From assembly GCA_041666325.1 (NCBI GenBank), contig JBAYHC010000001.1:201708-265707 (forward strand): a stretch of 64,000 bases of DNA, read 5' to 3'. Source of the DNA: Patescibacteria group bacterium. Lineage in GTDB: Bacteria; Patescibacteriota; UBA1384; XYA2-FULL-43-10; 1-14-0-10-43-13. The notes under the pieces were generated by a model, which was given only the letters and a program-made list of their open reading frames with translations, searched no databases and was not told the origin of the DNA. A program made the translations under genes and the position numbers. Positions within the stretch are counted from its first letter, which is position 1, and the number at the start of each line of letters is the position of its first letter. Below are positions 10,066 through 20,415 of the stretch, piece by piece.

Positions 10066-10869
10066 ATGTCTATGTCTAAATCCTCCAGCGCCTATCTTTA
10101 TATTTTCTATTATCATTTTTTGACGATTTTGGCGTATCCGTACGAGCTTCTGATTACCGTCATAGAGCCGGCGGCCGAAATTGGCTTTTTGGTTCTATTC
10201 TGGGGCATGGTTGCCAGGGGCTCCAGCCATCCAATAGACTTAATTAGCATGGTTGCTTATTTTATTATGGTACAATTTGTCTCAATCTGGTCGCTCAATC
10301 CTGGCGGACTCAATTTCTCAAACTATATTGGCTACAGGATAAAATCAGGCATACTTTCCCAAAGCTTAATACGCCCGATACGCACCTTGCCTGCCCTATT
10401 ATTCGAGCACAGAGGATACTTTTTTGTTGACATGATTTTCTCTGTCATACTGCTGGCTCTTGCGATTAAACTATTAGGTGGAATAGAGTTGAATCAGCTT
10501 GTGATGTTCATAGTTTTTTCAATTCTCTCGTGCATCATTACATTTTCTCTCTGTGTGTTGATAGGTTCACTCGCATTTATTACCAAAGAGATAAGCAGTA
10601 TTAGACATAGTGTTTCTCATCTGGTACGCATCTTGTCTGGCGCCATGGTTCCCCTCAATTTTTTTCCAGAAGGGATCCGCCACTGGCTGAGCATTACCCC
10701 CTTTCCCAGCATGGTATTCGTACCTATCAGCGTTTTGCAGAACAAGCTTCCGCCCACTGTCCTGCTTTTTAATTTCAAGGTGGCCCTATTTTGGTCATTT
10801 CTTCTCCTCGGGGCGGCACTATTAATCTGGCAACGCAATATGAAAAAATATGAAGCAAACGGTATCTAA
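10066..10869 (+). CDS. ABC-2 family transporter permease subunit
   Basis: About 6 TM helices, located directly upstream of a second permease and an ABC ATPase. Confidence 0.5.
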   Translation: MSMSKSSSAYLYIFYYHFLTILAYPYELLITVIEPAAEIGFLVLFWGMVARGSSHPIDLISMVAYFIMVQFVSIWSLNPGGLNFSNYIGYRIKSGILSQSLIRPIRTLPALLFEHRGYFFVDMIFSVILLALAIKLLGGIELNQLVMFIVFSILSCIITFSLCVLIGSLAFITKEISSIRHSVSHLVRILSGAMVPLNFFPEGIRHWLSITPFPSMVFVPISVLQNKLPPTVLLFNFKVALFWSFLLLGAALLIWQRNMKKYEANGI

Positions 10870-11665
10870 CTTTTTCAAAATTAGAATGAGAATAGTTGGC
10901 ATAAACATCGCCAATACTTTTAATTTAGAAACTTCTTATCCGGCTGAGAATTGGGCCAACGCTTTCTCAACACTGCTGTACACGGCAAGCTATGTTATTT
11001 TTCTAAATGTTATTTTTGGCAACGTTGAAACACTGGCTGGCTACAGCTACAACGATATGTTGTTTTTTTCTCTGTTGAGCCAAACTGCGTTCTACACTCT
11101 ATACACCTGGAGCTTCGACAACATGGACAATCTGGTAAACAGCATCCATCAGGGTGAGCTAGACCTATTGTTAACAAAACCACTTCCAACCCTCTTTTAC
11201 GCAACAACACGAACATTTTCATTGCTTCGGCTTGCCAGAGATGCATTTTTACCGATAGCCATGATCGCTCTCCTGATTAGCTGGTCTGACTTAAATTTGT
11301 CTACAGAGAGAGCTATCGCAGGGCTGATTATATTTATATGCGGACAATGGGTACTGCACGTTTTTCAGTTTCTGCTAATATTGCCCGCTTTCTGGAATGG
11401 ACAATCCCAGGCACTGCTCCGACTGTCATATACGCTAAGTGAGCCCAATGTCCCACTTGAGGGTCTGACAAAGTTCTGGCGATTTTTTCTACTGACCGCG
11501 CTTCCCGTCTGCCTGCCAGTGGCCGCCTCTGTTTCCGTCATCCTTGGGCGCAGTAATGCTGTTCCAATGGTCATATGGTCATTATTTTTGGCCGCAGTAG
11601 CAACCGTAGTTCGTTTTTTCGCTTGGCGCAGAGCACTTCTGGCTTATAACTCAGCCTCATCTTAG
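10850..11665 (+). CDS. ABC-2 family transporter permease subunit (second)
   Basis: Polytopic membrane protein in an operon with the flanking permease and ATPase. Confidence 0.5.
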   Translation: MKQTVSNFFKIRMRIVGINIANTFNLETSYPAENWANAFSTLLYTASYVIFLNVIFGNVETLAGYSYNDMLFFSLLSQTAFYTLYTWSFDNMDNLVNSIHQGELDLLLTKPLPTLFYATTRTFSLLRLARDAFLPIAMIALLISWSDLNLSTERAIAGLIIFICGQWVLHVFQFLLILPAFWNGQSQALLRLSYTLSEPNVPLEGLTKFWRFFLLTALPVCLPVAASVSVILGRSNAVPMVIWSLFLAAVATVVRFFAWRRALLAYNSASS

Positions 11666-11685
11666 TATTAAACAACAAGGTACCA

Positions 11686-12684
11686 ATGAATAACGTGATA
11701 GAGGTAAATAATCTGAAAAAAAGTTTCCGTGTCCGGCAACAGGGCGGAATGCTGAAAGCGATGTTTCGACCGGAGTACAAAACCGTCCATGCAGTCAAGG
11801 ATGTTAGTTTCAAGGTTGCCAAGGGCGAGGCGGTTGCTTTTTTGGGACCAAACGGCGCCGGCAAAACTACCACGATCAAGATGATGACCGGCCTTGTTCA
11901 TCCAAGCGAGGGTACGGTAAGTGTCTTGGACTCTGATCCGTTCCGCAGAAAACCTGAATTCCTACAAAGAATTGGCCTAGTCATGGGAAACAAAGTCGCA
12001 CTAAACTGGGATCTAACTGCCAAACAAAGCTTCAATCTAGTCAAGAATATCTACAACCTTGAATCAGGATTTACCAAGAAACGTATATCAGAGCTTGCCA
12101 AATTATTAGACGTGACAAATCTCCTGGATGTTCAGATACGAAATCTATCTCTTGGAGAGCGAATGAAAATGGAACTAATCGGATCAATTCTCCACAAACC
12201 AGAGATATTGTTTTTGGACGAGCCAACGATTGGTCTCGACATATTAACCAAAAAACGGATCCGACACTTTCTTAAAGATATTCAAAAGAATGAGAGCACT
12301 ACCCTTATCCTAACCAGCCACGACATTGACGACATTGAGGCTGTCTGTGATCGAGTGATTATCATCAATAAGGGAGAGAAGTGCTATGACGACAGTATCG
12401 ATTCTCTTGTAGAAAAATATCAACAAAACCGCTATCTGCGATTTGTTTTGGAGAATCCCCTTGGCAACGACCAGGTTTCCAAACTAAGAAACCTGGGTAC
12501 ACTGGAAAAGAATAGCGATAACGGAGAAACAAACCCTAGTGAAGCGATCTACCTGTTCAAGACAAGCATTACCAACATGGTTCCACTTATCACGCATGTC
12601 TTGACCTCAAATACTGTTCTCGACATGAAAATAGAGTCAGTACCGCTGGAGGACGTGATCGCTGACCTGTTCAGAGCAAGCTAA
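11686..12684 (+). CDS. ABC transporter ATP-binding protein
   Basis: Walker A GPNGAGKTT, signature LSLGERMKM, Walker B LFLDEPTIGLD and the H-loop TSHD. Confidence 0.85.
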   Translation: MNNVIEVNNLKKSFRVRQQGGMLKAMFRPEYKTVHAVKDVSFKVAKGEAVAFLGPNGAGKTTTIKMMTGLVHPSEGTVSVLDSDPFRRKPEFLQRIGLVMGNKVALNWDLTAKQSFNLVKNIYNLESGFTKKRISELAKLLDVTNLLDVQIRNLSLGERMKMELIGSILHKPEILFLDEPTIGLDILTKKRIRHFLKDIQKNESTTLILTSHDIDDIEAVCDRVIIINKGEKCYDDSIDSLVEKYQQNRYLRFVLENPLGNDQVSKLRNLGTLEKNSDNGETNPSEAIYLFKTSITNMVPLITHVLTSNTVLDMKIESVPLEDVIADLFRAS

Positions 12685-12748
12685 TATGCAGAGCGAGGGC
12701 AAGAGTAACAGTTGGCCTCTTTGGCCACATTGGTTATAGAAAGGATAT

Positions 12749-14062
12749 TTGATGGACAAAGTAACCCCAAAGATCCCGGCGGGATTCATGGAACTGCTCC
12801 CGGGCGAGCAGATTGAATTCAACCGGATGTTTGACGTCATTCGAAAAACATACGAATTGTACGGTTTCCTGCCAATTGAAACTCCAGCAATTGAGTATGC
12901 GAGCGTGCTGCTAGCAAAAGCAGGAGGCGAAACCGAAAAGCAAATCTATCGATTCGAACGAGGCGACAAGGAATACTGCCTTCATTTCGATTTGACGATT
13001 CCATTGGCTCGATATGTTGCAGCTCACTATCCTGACCTGACATTTCCATTTCGCCGATACCAGCAGCAAAAGGTGTGGCGGGCAGAAAGGCCACAGCGAG
13101 GCCGCTTTCGAGAATTCTATCAGTGTGACATTGACACAATCGGAACGACTGACCCCTTGGCCGACGCTGAGATTGTCTCTGTTGTCAACGCCGTCTTCTC
13201 TGCCCTGGGCTTTGAGCACTTCACTGTCCATATCAATAATCGCAAAATATTAAACGGGTACATGGAGCATCTTGGTCTCTCAGACAAAAGCCAAGACATA
13301 CTGCGCTTAATCGATAAACTTGAAAAGCAGGGCCAAGAGACAGTGAGAGCAGAGCTGATAAACCTGAAAATCCCAAATGACGTGGCCGATCAAGTTTTGG
13401 AATTTGTTGGTAGCTCTGGCTCACCGGCTGAAACCATTGATTCACTAAAATCACTCAACATAAAGAATGAGATGTTTAGAACAGGTATCAGGGAGCTGGA
13501 AGACCTTCTTCAGGGAATCAAACTTTTTGAGGTTCCAAGCACACGTTACACAGTTGACCTCACAATTGCCCGAGGACTGGATTATTATACAGGAACAGTT
13601 TACGAGACAACGCTCGATGACTACCCAGAAATTGGCAGTGTCTGCTCTGGGGGCCGCTATGACAATCTCGCAAATCACTACACAAACGTCAGCCTGCCAG
13701 GCGTCGGCGCATCCATAGGCTTAACTAGACTATTTGATCAACTCAGGGATGCCGGGCTTCTAAAGGCATCTACTCTCACTGTCGCAAAAGTATTGGTTGT
13801 ACCGATTGAGCCAAAACATTTGCCTCAGGGACTCAAGATCGCTACAGACTTCCGCCAACTTGGCATTCCGACAGAAATACGGACAGCCGAGGCCAAGCTT
13901 GGGGCGCACCTCAAATATGCCAACAAGATGCGATTTCCATTCGTCGCTTTCGTCGGAATGGATGAGTCTGGTATCGATGAGATTATTCTCAAAAACATGA
14001 CAACGACCGAACAACAAACGCTTTCCATCAAACAGGCGGCAGACAAGATCATGCATGAATAA
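12749..14062 (+). CDS. hisS: Histidine--tRNA ligase
   Basis: Class II aaRS motifs and a HisRS-specific N-terminus (GFMELLPGEQIEFNRMFDVIRKTYELYGFLPIETPAIEY); the RYDNL region; a C-terminal anticodon-binding domain. Confidence 0.9.
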   Translation: MMDKVTPKIPAGFMELLPGEQIEFNRMFDVIRKTYELYGFLPIETPAIEYASVLLAKAGGETEKQIYRFERGDKEYCLHFDLTIPLARYVAAHYPDLTFPFRRYQQQKVWRAERPQRGRFREFYQCDIDTIGTTDPLADAEIVSVVNAVFSALGFEHFTVHINNRKILNGYMEHLGLSDKSQDILRLIDKLEKQGQETVRAELINLKIPNDVADQVLEFVGSSGSPAETIDSLKSLNIKNEMFRTGIRELEDLLQGIKLFEVPSTRYTVDLTIARGLDYYTGTVYETTLDDYPEIGSVCSGGRYDNLANHYTNVSLPGVGASIGLTRLFDQLRDAGLLKASTLTVAKVLVVPIEPKHLPQGLKIATDFRQLGIPTEIRTAEAKLGAHLKYANKMRFPFVAFVGMDESGIDEIILKNMTTTEQQTLSIKQAADKIMHE

Positions 14063-14680
14063 TTAGCGGGCATCTAGAAAACCTAAAAAACTTTTACGAT
14101 GCGAGGCAGAGGGACCATTAGATCTAAGTATATCCATGTGGTCCCTGGTACCGTAGCCCTTATTCTGAGCAAATCCGAATCGTGGCATCTCATCATGAAG
14201 CTGGATCATGAGACTGTCTCGATAGACTTTAGCTATAATTGAAGCAGCGGCAATAGATAACGATTTTGACTCGCCTTTTTCGATGCATAAAAAATCATAC
14301 GCAAATTCACCCCCGAAGTGTCGTCCGTCGATCAGAGCAAATTGGCACCCCTTTAGTCCATTCAGAGCCCTCTCGAAGGCCAGAACATTAGCGCGACCAA
14401 CACCAAGTTGATCAATCTCATCGACATCAACTAGCCCGAATGCGAAATCAAGTGCTCTCGCCTTGATTAGTCCAGAGAGCCTCTGCCGTTTGGCTGGAGA
14501 AATCTTCTTCGAGTCATCAACCTCATGTAATAATTCTTCTGTGTCGTTTAGATGATCAAAAACAACCGCAGCCGCAACCAATGGCCCGGCCAGAGAACCC
14601 CTCCCAACTTCATCTACCCCAGCAATTAGATCTATTTGCCGCTCTCGTTTGATTTTATGCTCTATCTCAAAGTTTGGCAT
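14063..14680 (-). CDS. rnhB: Ribonuclease HII
   Basis: The DEVGRGSLAGPLVAAAVV catalytic motif and an RNase HII length of about 205 aa. Confidence 0.9.
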   Translation of the reverse strand: MPNFEIEHKIKRERQIDLIAGVDEVGRGSLAGPLVAAAVVFDHLNDTEELLHEVDDSKKISPAKRQRLSGLIKARALDFAFGLVDVDEIDQLGVGRANVLAFERALNGLKGCQFALIDGRHFGGEFAYDFLCIEKGESKSLSIAAASIIAKVYRDSLMIQLHDEMPRFGFAQNKGYGTRDHMDILRSNGPSASHRKSFLGFLDAR

Positions 14681-14683
14681 GGG

Positions 14684-15859
14684 CTATGGCCTCGATGTCT
14701 CGTCAATCAATCTTTTGTAGAGATTAGGAAAACGATCTAGCGATCTATCCATATCATGTTCCATCATCCCGACTCTCGCAGCATGGCCAAAATCTTTCAG
14801 CAGGTTTTTGTCCTCAAGCAATTTTACAATTTTGCCGGCCATCTCAGAGAAACTATCTGGCGTGAATAGGTAGCCACTTCTAGCGTCAGCGACAAATTCA
14901 GGAAAAGATCCGGCTCTTGCAGCAACAATGGGAAGACCGGCAGCCATAGCCTCAAGCATGACTATGCTCTGCGTTTCAATTTTTGAGGGAGAAGCAAAAA
15001 GGTCAGCGGACTGATAAACACTGCACAACTTTGCAGAGCCATGATCAAAGGAGCCCAAGAAAGAGATATTCTTGCTAGCTCCAACCTCGTGCGCCAACAT
15101 CTTCATCTCTTCTAAACTATCCCCTGCCCCGACAATGGCAAAGTTAACATCCATCCGCTTGGCAACTAGCGGTACGGCGCGAATCAAGACTGCCAAGCTT
15201 TTATCCTTGTCAATCCTGCCGACATAGAGAACGGTTGGTTTGTCGGGAAGACCCAATATCTTCCTCGACTCGGTCTTATCCCCGGGGCAAAATCGTTTGA
15301 TATCGACACCATTAGACATCACTTTTATCTCTGTCTTTGAACCCCACAATTTGATCAGGTTCTCCGCTGTTTCTGACGGCGTGGTAATAATACTGCAACG
15401 GTCATACAACGAGACAATGTTTCTCCTGACCAAAGGGATAATCAGGAAATTTAAAAATTGGAACTTCTTGAGATAAGAGAGAATAAAATCCATACTAAAA
15501 TGATTAGTTACAACAACGGGGAGCTTGCTTTTCTGACAGATCCTCGCAACGAGACGGGAGATGGGGGCAGGATCTTGCAGATGGGCCACATCTGGTTTAA
15601 TGTTAGAAATGAAACTGTTTACCTCGGAGTAAGGGGCCACGGTTATCCTAAAACCCTTGCGAAAAGGATTTGGTAGGGAGCGGAACTTGATCACTTGATA
15701 ACCCAAGCTCCTATCAACTTCTGTCCTAAATCTATCGTTCGATGTAATGACAGTCACCTCATGTTTAGCATCATGAAGATAACCGGCCAAGTTTTTGGCA
15801 AACACTGCAACTCCGGATATATTTGGAGGAAACGATTCACTGCAAATGATAATTTTCAT
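14684..15859 (-). CDS. Glycosyltransferase family 4 (GT-B fold, GT1 domain)
   Basis: N-terminal KIIICSESFPPNISGVAVFAKNL and a C-terminal E-X7-E-like region (LEAMAAGLPIVAARAGSFPEFV). Confidence 0.8.
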   Translation of the reverse strand: MKIIICSESFPPNISGVAVFAKNLAGYLHDAKHEVTVITSNDRFRTEVDRSLGYQVIKFRSLPNPFRKGFRITVAPYSEVNSFISNIKPDVAHLQDPAPISRLVARICQKSKLPVVVTNHFSMDFILSYLKKFQFLNFLIIPLVRRNIVSLYDRCSIITTPSETAENLIKLWGSKTEIKVMSNGVDIKRFCPGDKTESRKILGLPDKPTVLYVGRIDKDKSLAVLIRAVPLVAKRMDVNFAIVGAGDSLEEMKMLAHEVGASKNISFLGSFDHGSAKLCSVYQSADLFASPSKIETQSIVMLEAMAAGLPIVAARAGSFPEFVADARSGYLFTPDSFSEMAGKIVKLLEDKNLLKDFGHAARVGMMEHDMDRSLDRFPNLYKRLIDETSRP

Positions 15860-16008
15860 AGCGTCTCTATCTTACCCAATTCGCTTGAACAGGGCAATGC
15901 ATTGAAATCGCTCGGCATGAAACCGGCTGCGATGCCGCCTTATCATTCCCAGTGTTGACTTTTAACCATAAATTACCTATAATCTTTCAAGGAGGTGAAC
16001 ATAAAAGT

Positions 16009-16326
16009 ATGACACACCAAGATTTGTACAAACTTCTTCAAACAGTTCAAAAAAACGTCCGCTGCCCTCAATGCGGCAAGCAGTATGATTTTGAACAAAT
16101 AAGCATCAGAGGAATTGTTGAATCTGTGATCTTTCTTGAGTTGAACTGCAACGCACATATGCCGCTTCTTGCTACTGTTACGTTGACGAAAGATCCCATG
16201 CCAAAAACCAAAAAACATAAGGCTGGTGAAAAGATCAATCCAAATGACGTTCTCGAAACTTACCAGTTCCTCAAGAACTTCTCGGGCAGCTTAGAACAAA
16301 TTTTTAAAAAAAGCACCCAGAAGTAA
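16009..16326 (+). CDS. Hypothetical small protein with a C-x2-C zinc-ribbon-like motif
   Basis: A strong RBS (aaggagg) 8 nt upstream of the ATG at 16009; CPQCGKQYDF motif; no recognisable family. Confidence 0.4.
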   Translation: MTHQDLYKLLQTVQKNVRCPQCGKQYDFEQISIRGIVESVIFLELNCNAHMPLLATVTLTKDPMPKTKKHKAGEKINPNDVLETYQFLKNFSGSLEQIFKKSTQK

Positions 16327-16390
16327 TCACTTCATTCATTAATATCTAATTTTTTAACAGAAGCCATTAGGCCGATCAAAGAGGAAACCT

Positions 16391-17059
16391 ATGACAGAGT
16401 TCAAACTAGAGGCAAAAACGCGCGAAACAGACGGTCGCAAAACCAGACAAGCCGGCCTCATACCGTGTGTGGTTTATGGAAAAAATATTGAAAATGTTGT
16501 AATCGCCTTTGATAAGGTCAATTTCAATCGACTGTTCCGCGAAGCCGGAACGTCCAATTTGATCGATCTTTCAGTTGACGACAAAACATCTTTTAAAACA
16601 CTTGTGCAAGACGTTCAGCGCAATCCTATCACCCTTGACGTTGTCCATGTGGACCTCTTGAAGATCAACATGAAGGAAAAGATCAGCACAGAAATTCCAT
16701 TGGAGTTTGTTGGCGAATCTCCAGCTGTTGTTGACCTAAGCGGCTCTCTGATCACGGCTAGGGACTCAGTTGAAATTGAATGTCTGCCGGCAGACTTACC
16801 ATCTGAGATCAAAGTTGACATCTCTATCCTTGACGACTTTGAGAAAGATATCCGCATCAAGGATATCGTTGTACCGGCCGGTGTTGAAATTCTAAACGAC
16901 GAAGAAGAAGTGGTTGTCCATGTCGAGCCACCTCGTGATGAGGCAGACATCGAAGCCGATCTCGCAACACCAGTTGAGGAAAACGTTGAAGAAGTTGAAG
17001 TTGAAACAGCGAAAAAGGAAGACGAAGCTGAGGGCGAACAAAAAGAATCCAAAGAGTAG
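16391..17059 (+). CDS. rplY: 50S ribosomal protein L25 / general stress protein Ctc
   Basis: N-terminal EAKTRETDGRKTRQAGLIPCVVYGK and an acidic C-terminal tail. Confidence 0.85.
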   Translation: MTEFKLEAKTRETDGRKTRQAGLIPCVVYGKNIENVVIAFDKVNFNRLFREAGTSNLIDLSVDDKTSFKTLVQDVQRNPITLDVVHVDLLKINMKEKISTEIPLEFVGESPAVVDLSGSLITARDSVEIECLPADLPSEIKVDISILDDFEKDIRIKDIVVPAGVEILNDEEEVVVHVEPPRDEADIEADLATPVEENVEEVEVETAKKEDEAEGEQKESKE

Positions 17060-17062
17060 TTC

Positions 17063-17117
17063 CAAAGCACTAAACAAAAAATCATCCCGAGTTCGGGATG
17101 ATTTTTTGTTTAGTGCT
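17063..17117. terminator. Bidirectional intrinsic terminator between convergent rplY and thrS: a perfect 24-bp inverted repeat (agcactaaacaaaaaatcatcccg / cgggatgattttttgtttagtgct)
   Basis: A GC stem flanked by an A-run and a T-run on both strands, seen directly in the sequence. Confidence 0.7.
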
Positions 17118-17120
17118 CAA

Positions 17121-18908
17121 TTAATATCTAATCTGAATCTCACTTATCAATTTTTCAATAGCCATCGGTCCCTTGTCGCCCTCACCATAACGCCGAACAG
17201 CGACCTTGTTGTCACCGACTTCTTTGTCGCCAACAATTAGCATATAGGGAATCTTCTGTATCTCAGCGTCACGGATCTTGCGTCCGATCGACTCACTTCT
17301 TAAATCTATCTCAACCCTTACGCCTCGCACCTGTAAACTTTCGCCTATACTATTTGCATATTCCTGATGCCGGTCAGCAATCGGCAAGACAATGGCCTGG
17401 ACTGGGGCAAGCCACACCGGAAATGCTCCGGCGTAGTGCTCAATAAGTAAACCGATAAAGCGCTCAAATGAGCCAAACAACGCACGGTGGAGCATATATG
17501 GCTGTTCCTCTTCGCCTTTTTCATTAACAAAGGTCATGTTGAAACGCTCCGGCAAGTTGAAATCGAATTGCAGAGTCGACAACTGCCACTCGCGCCCAAG
17601 AACATCCCGGACCTTGAAATCAAGTTTTGGCCCGTAAAAAGCAGCCTCACCCAACTCCTCTTTGAAGGACAAGCTTTTTTCAGTGGCGACTTCGCGCAAA
17701 ACTTGCTCCGTGAACTCCCAGCCTTCATCGTTTCCGGCATACTTACTCTTATTGGCTGGATCACGAAGCGAGAGATAGACATTGACGGAATCCAAATCGA
17801 AGCCGAATGATTTGTAAATAAACAAAATAAAATCAACGACCCGCTTAAGCTCGCCTTTCACCTGATCTTTGCGGCAAACGATATGAGCATCGTCTTGAGT
17901 AAAGCCACGAACGCGCGTTAGCCCAGAAAGTTCGCCTGTCTTTTCAAATCGATAGACCGTGCCTATCTCAGCCCAACGAAAAGGAAATTCTCGATAAGAG
18001 TGGGGCGAATTCTTGTAAATCTGAACATGAAATGGACAGTTCATCGGCTTCAAAAGATACTCTTCAGATTTTTCCACCTTACGCTCAAGCTGACGGTCTT
18101 CCAGACTCTGACCGGCTTCCATTGGCGGATACATGCTTGAATTATAGAAGCCCCAATGACCTGATTTTTCCCACAAACGACGATTGCCAATATGAGGACT
18201 GCGAACAAGTTGGTACCCATTTTTCAGGTGCTCTTTGTACCAGAAATCCTCGATCACACGCCAAATAATAGCACCTCTTGGGTGCCACAAGACTAGCCCA
18301 AGGCCGACCTCTTCATCAATATGAAATAAGTCAAGCTCTCGTCCAAGTTTACGATGATCCCGTTTCTCCGCTTCCTCACGGTTTTTCAGATATTGCTCAA
18401 TACCTTCCCTTGATTCGAAGGCCAGGCCATAAATCCGGGTCATCATCGAGTTCTTCTCGCTCCCCTTCCAATATGCTCCGGCAATTTTGTCCAATTTCCA
18501 GCCAGCACCCTTGAGGTCCTTGGTCGATTCGACATGAGGACCAGCGCAAAGATCAACAAAATCGCCACTCTGATAAATCGAAACTTCTGTCTCGCCACTT
18601 GCTTCTAAATCTTTAATCAATTCAACCTTATATGGCTGGTTTTCAAACTGCTTACTCGCGGACCTGCTTACAAGCTTACTGGCCTTGAAGCTTGCGCCTG
18701 AATTAATAATCTCCCTCATCTTCTTCTCTAGCTTCGGTAAATCCTCAGCAGATAGCGCCATTGGCAATTCAAAATCATAATAAAAACCTGTATCGATGGC
18801 CGGACCGATCCCAAGTTTGACTTCGGGAAACATGTCCACAACTGCCATAGCCAGAACATGGCTTAATGAGTGACGCACTGTCTCAATTGGATATTTTTTT
18901 TGCTCCAT
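17121..18908 (-). CDS. thrS: Threonine--tRNA ligase (short form lacking the N-terminal TGS extension)
   Basis: Class II core with HRALFGSFERFIGLLIEHYAGAFPVWLAPVQ and a C-terminal anticodon-binding domain. Confidence 0.9.
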   Translation of the reverse strand: MEQKKYPIETVRHSLSHVLAMAVVDMFPEVKLGIGPAIDTGFYYDFELPMALSAEDLPKLEKKMREIINSGASFKASKLVSRSASKQFENQPYKVELIKDLEASGETEVSIYQSGDFVDLCAGPHVESTKDLKGAGWKLDKIAGAYWKGSEKNSMMTRIYGLAFESREGIEQYLKNREEAEKRDHRKLGRELDLFHIDEEVGLGLVLWHPRGAIIWRVIEDFWYKEHLKNGYQLVRSPHIGNRRLWEKSGHWGFYNSSMYPPMEAGQSLEDRQLERKVEKSEEYLLKPMNCPFHVQIYKNSPHSYREFPFRWAEIGTVYRFEKTGELSGLTRVRGFTQDDAHIVCRKDQVKGELKRVVDFILFIYKSFGFDLDSVNVYLSLRDPANKSKYAGNDEGWEFTEQVLREVATEKSLSFKEELGEAAFYGPKLDFKVRDVLGREWQLSTLQFDFNLPERFNMTFVNEKGEEEQPYMLHRALFGSFERFIGLLIEHYAGAFPVWLAPVQAIVLPIADRHQEYANSIGESLQVRGVRVEIDLRSESIGRKIRDAEIQKIPYMLIVGDKEVGDNKVAVRRYGEGDKGPMAIEKLISEIQIRY

Positions 18909-18921
18909 TCCAGTTTCCTTT

Positions 18922-18986
18922 TGTCATCCTGAACTTGATTCAGGATCCACTATCTTATAGATTCCGGATCAAGTCCGGAATGACAC
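18922..18986. repeat. Small palindromic element with terminal inverted repeats TGTCATCC...GGAATGACA, enclosing two hairpins; it lies in the thrS 5' leader
   Basis: The inverted repeats and two inner stem-loops (cctgaacttgattcagg; ccggatcaagtccgg) are seen in the sequence. A second copy lies at 20864-20972. Confidence 0.4.
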
Positions 18987-19257
18987 AGGGCATACAAAAA
19001 GACCCTATGGTACAGGAGTCTCTTGGAGACGGTTCCATCCTGCTTGGGTCTTAATTCACCTGTTCGCTCAGGCCTGCGTTGTGTCTCCAGGTTGGTGAAT
19101 CCTATCAACAACACAAATAATAATGTACTGATACTATACCAACTATCTGACTCAAGTGCAATATTTCGGTTGCAGCAATTAATTAGCATCTAATTAACTC
19201 TTGTAACCGGGCGCCCCGCGGATCGGGGCGCCACGTGATGTGACTTGTCGGCAGCCC

Positions 19258-20415
19258 TTAGTGGGTTGCCTCCTCCACCCGCACCTGCGGGCGTTCTGCT
19301 GGCCTCCAGGCCGGCTTGGTCTTCGACTTGACGGTCGTCATCCAGTCCCCATTGCTGTCCTGGGTGACGTAGATGACGGTACCGTCGACCTTGGCCGGGG
19401 CGATGGAGGCCTTCTTGGTCTTCTTGGCCCCAGGCACCGGTGCGCCAGTGATCCGACTGTCGCGGAGACGGTCCCGCGCGAACTCATCTGGCACCTCGCC
19501 AACCAACTTGTAGTCAAGAGCGTTGGCCGAGGCGCCTTGCCTCGTCTCCTTGGTAATGTAGACGATCACTCCGGCCCAGGCCGGGGTATCGAGACCGTAG
19601 CCACTCGCCTCACCGACCGACTTGACGTTCAGGTGTGTCCAGCCATAGTCGTCGGCCTTAATGCGATAGACCCGATGGTTGTCGACGTCGACGTAGCTGG
19701 GCCACTGTGATAGCGGCAGCCACGGCGACGCAAACCGCTGGTTGTGGGTGGTCAAGAGGTTGATGTCCACACCCTTCCCCACCACCACACCGAACTCGCT
19801 GAGGCCATTGAGCCTGACAGCCGCCTCCTCGAGGCAGCCGACTGGCTCGCGCTCCTGTCCCCAGGACGCCTCAGGCACGCCCTGGCTGCCAGCGGTCGTT
19901 TCGTTCGGCACCGCCCGGCGCAGAGTGGCCACGTTGTTGGTCTGGCCATCGCTCAGGGGCGCGCTCAACGAAAGCTCGATCTCGGTGCTGCCGTCAGCTT
20001 TCCTGCTCTGGCCGATGGCGCGCACCAGGTAGAGATTCCCCCCCATCTTGAGGCCGGCGTAGCGCCCCGCGAAGGGGAACCAACCCGGGCCATCGAACAG
20101 GTCGGCCAGGTCGGGATCGAGTTTGCTGGGGTCTACCACGGTCGTTACCACCTCGACACCACCCTCGCTCGGTTGCCTCTGCAGGTCAACGGCGAAGGTA
20201 GCGGTCAGGTGCTTGTCGCCGACCTGGTTGAAGATGATCAGGTCGCCCTTGACCTTGGGCGCTTCCGGCGAATTCGGCGCGGGCGGCTCAAGGTTGCCGG
20301 AAGCCTGCTGCGGGGTTGGTGCCTTCGGCGCCGTATCCCCAGTTGAACCCTTCTTGCAGCCGGCCGCCAGCGTGGCGGCGGCGATCAGCGGGACAACAAA
20401 CCAGGTGTAACGCAT
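19258..20415 (-). CDS. Lipoprotein of unknown function encoded on a compositionally foreign (about 65% GC) segment
   Basis: Signal peptide plus lipobox (VVPLIAAATLAAGC). The region 19.2-20.5 kb is far more GC-rich than its flanks, and a GC-only hairpin (ggcgccccgcggatcggggcgcc) follows the stop. The start was chosen at the second Met. Confidence 0.55.
   Translation of the reverse strand: MRYTWFVVPLIAAATLAAGCKKGSTGDTAPKAPTPQQASGNLEPPAPNSPEAPKVKGDLIIFNQVGDKHLTATFAVDLQRQPSEGGVEVVTTVVDPSKLDPDLADLFDGPGWFPFAGRYAGLKMGGNLYLVRAIGQSRKADGSTEIELSLSAPLSDGQTNNVATLRRAVPNETTAGSQGVPEASWGQEREPVGCLEEAAVRLNGLSEFGVVVGKGVDINLLTTHNQRFASPWLPLSQWPSYVDVDNHRVYRIKADDYGWTHLNVKSVGEASGYGLDTPAWAGVIVYITKETRQGASANALDYKLVGEVPDEFARDRLRDSRITGAPVPGAKKTKKASIAPAKVDGTVIYVTQDSNGDWMTTVKSKTKPAWRPAERPQVRVEEATH

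Noticed and set aside
16615-17085. 156-aa minus-strand ORF antisense to rplY
   Set aside because: It is Ser/Thr-rich and low complexity, lies antisense to a well-supported ribosomal protein gene, and its 3' part runs through the bidirectional terminator.
19240-20410. Plus-strand ORFs (19240-19710, 19744-20346, 20123-20410) antisense to the high-GC lipoprotein gene
   Set aside because: Long stop-free frames on both strands are expected in 65%-GC DNA. The minus-strand ORF alone has a signal peptide plus lipobox and a downstream terminator hairpin.
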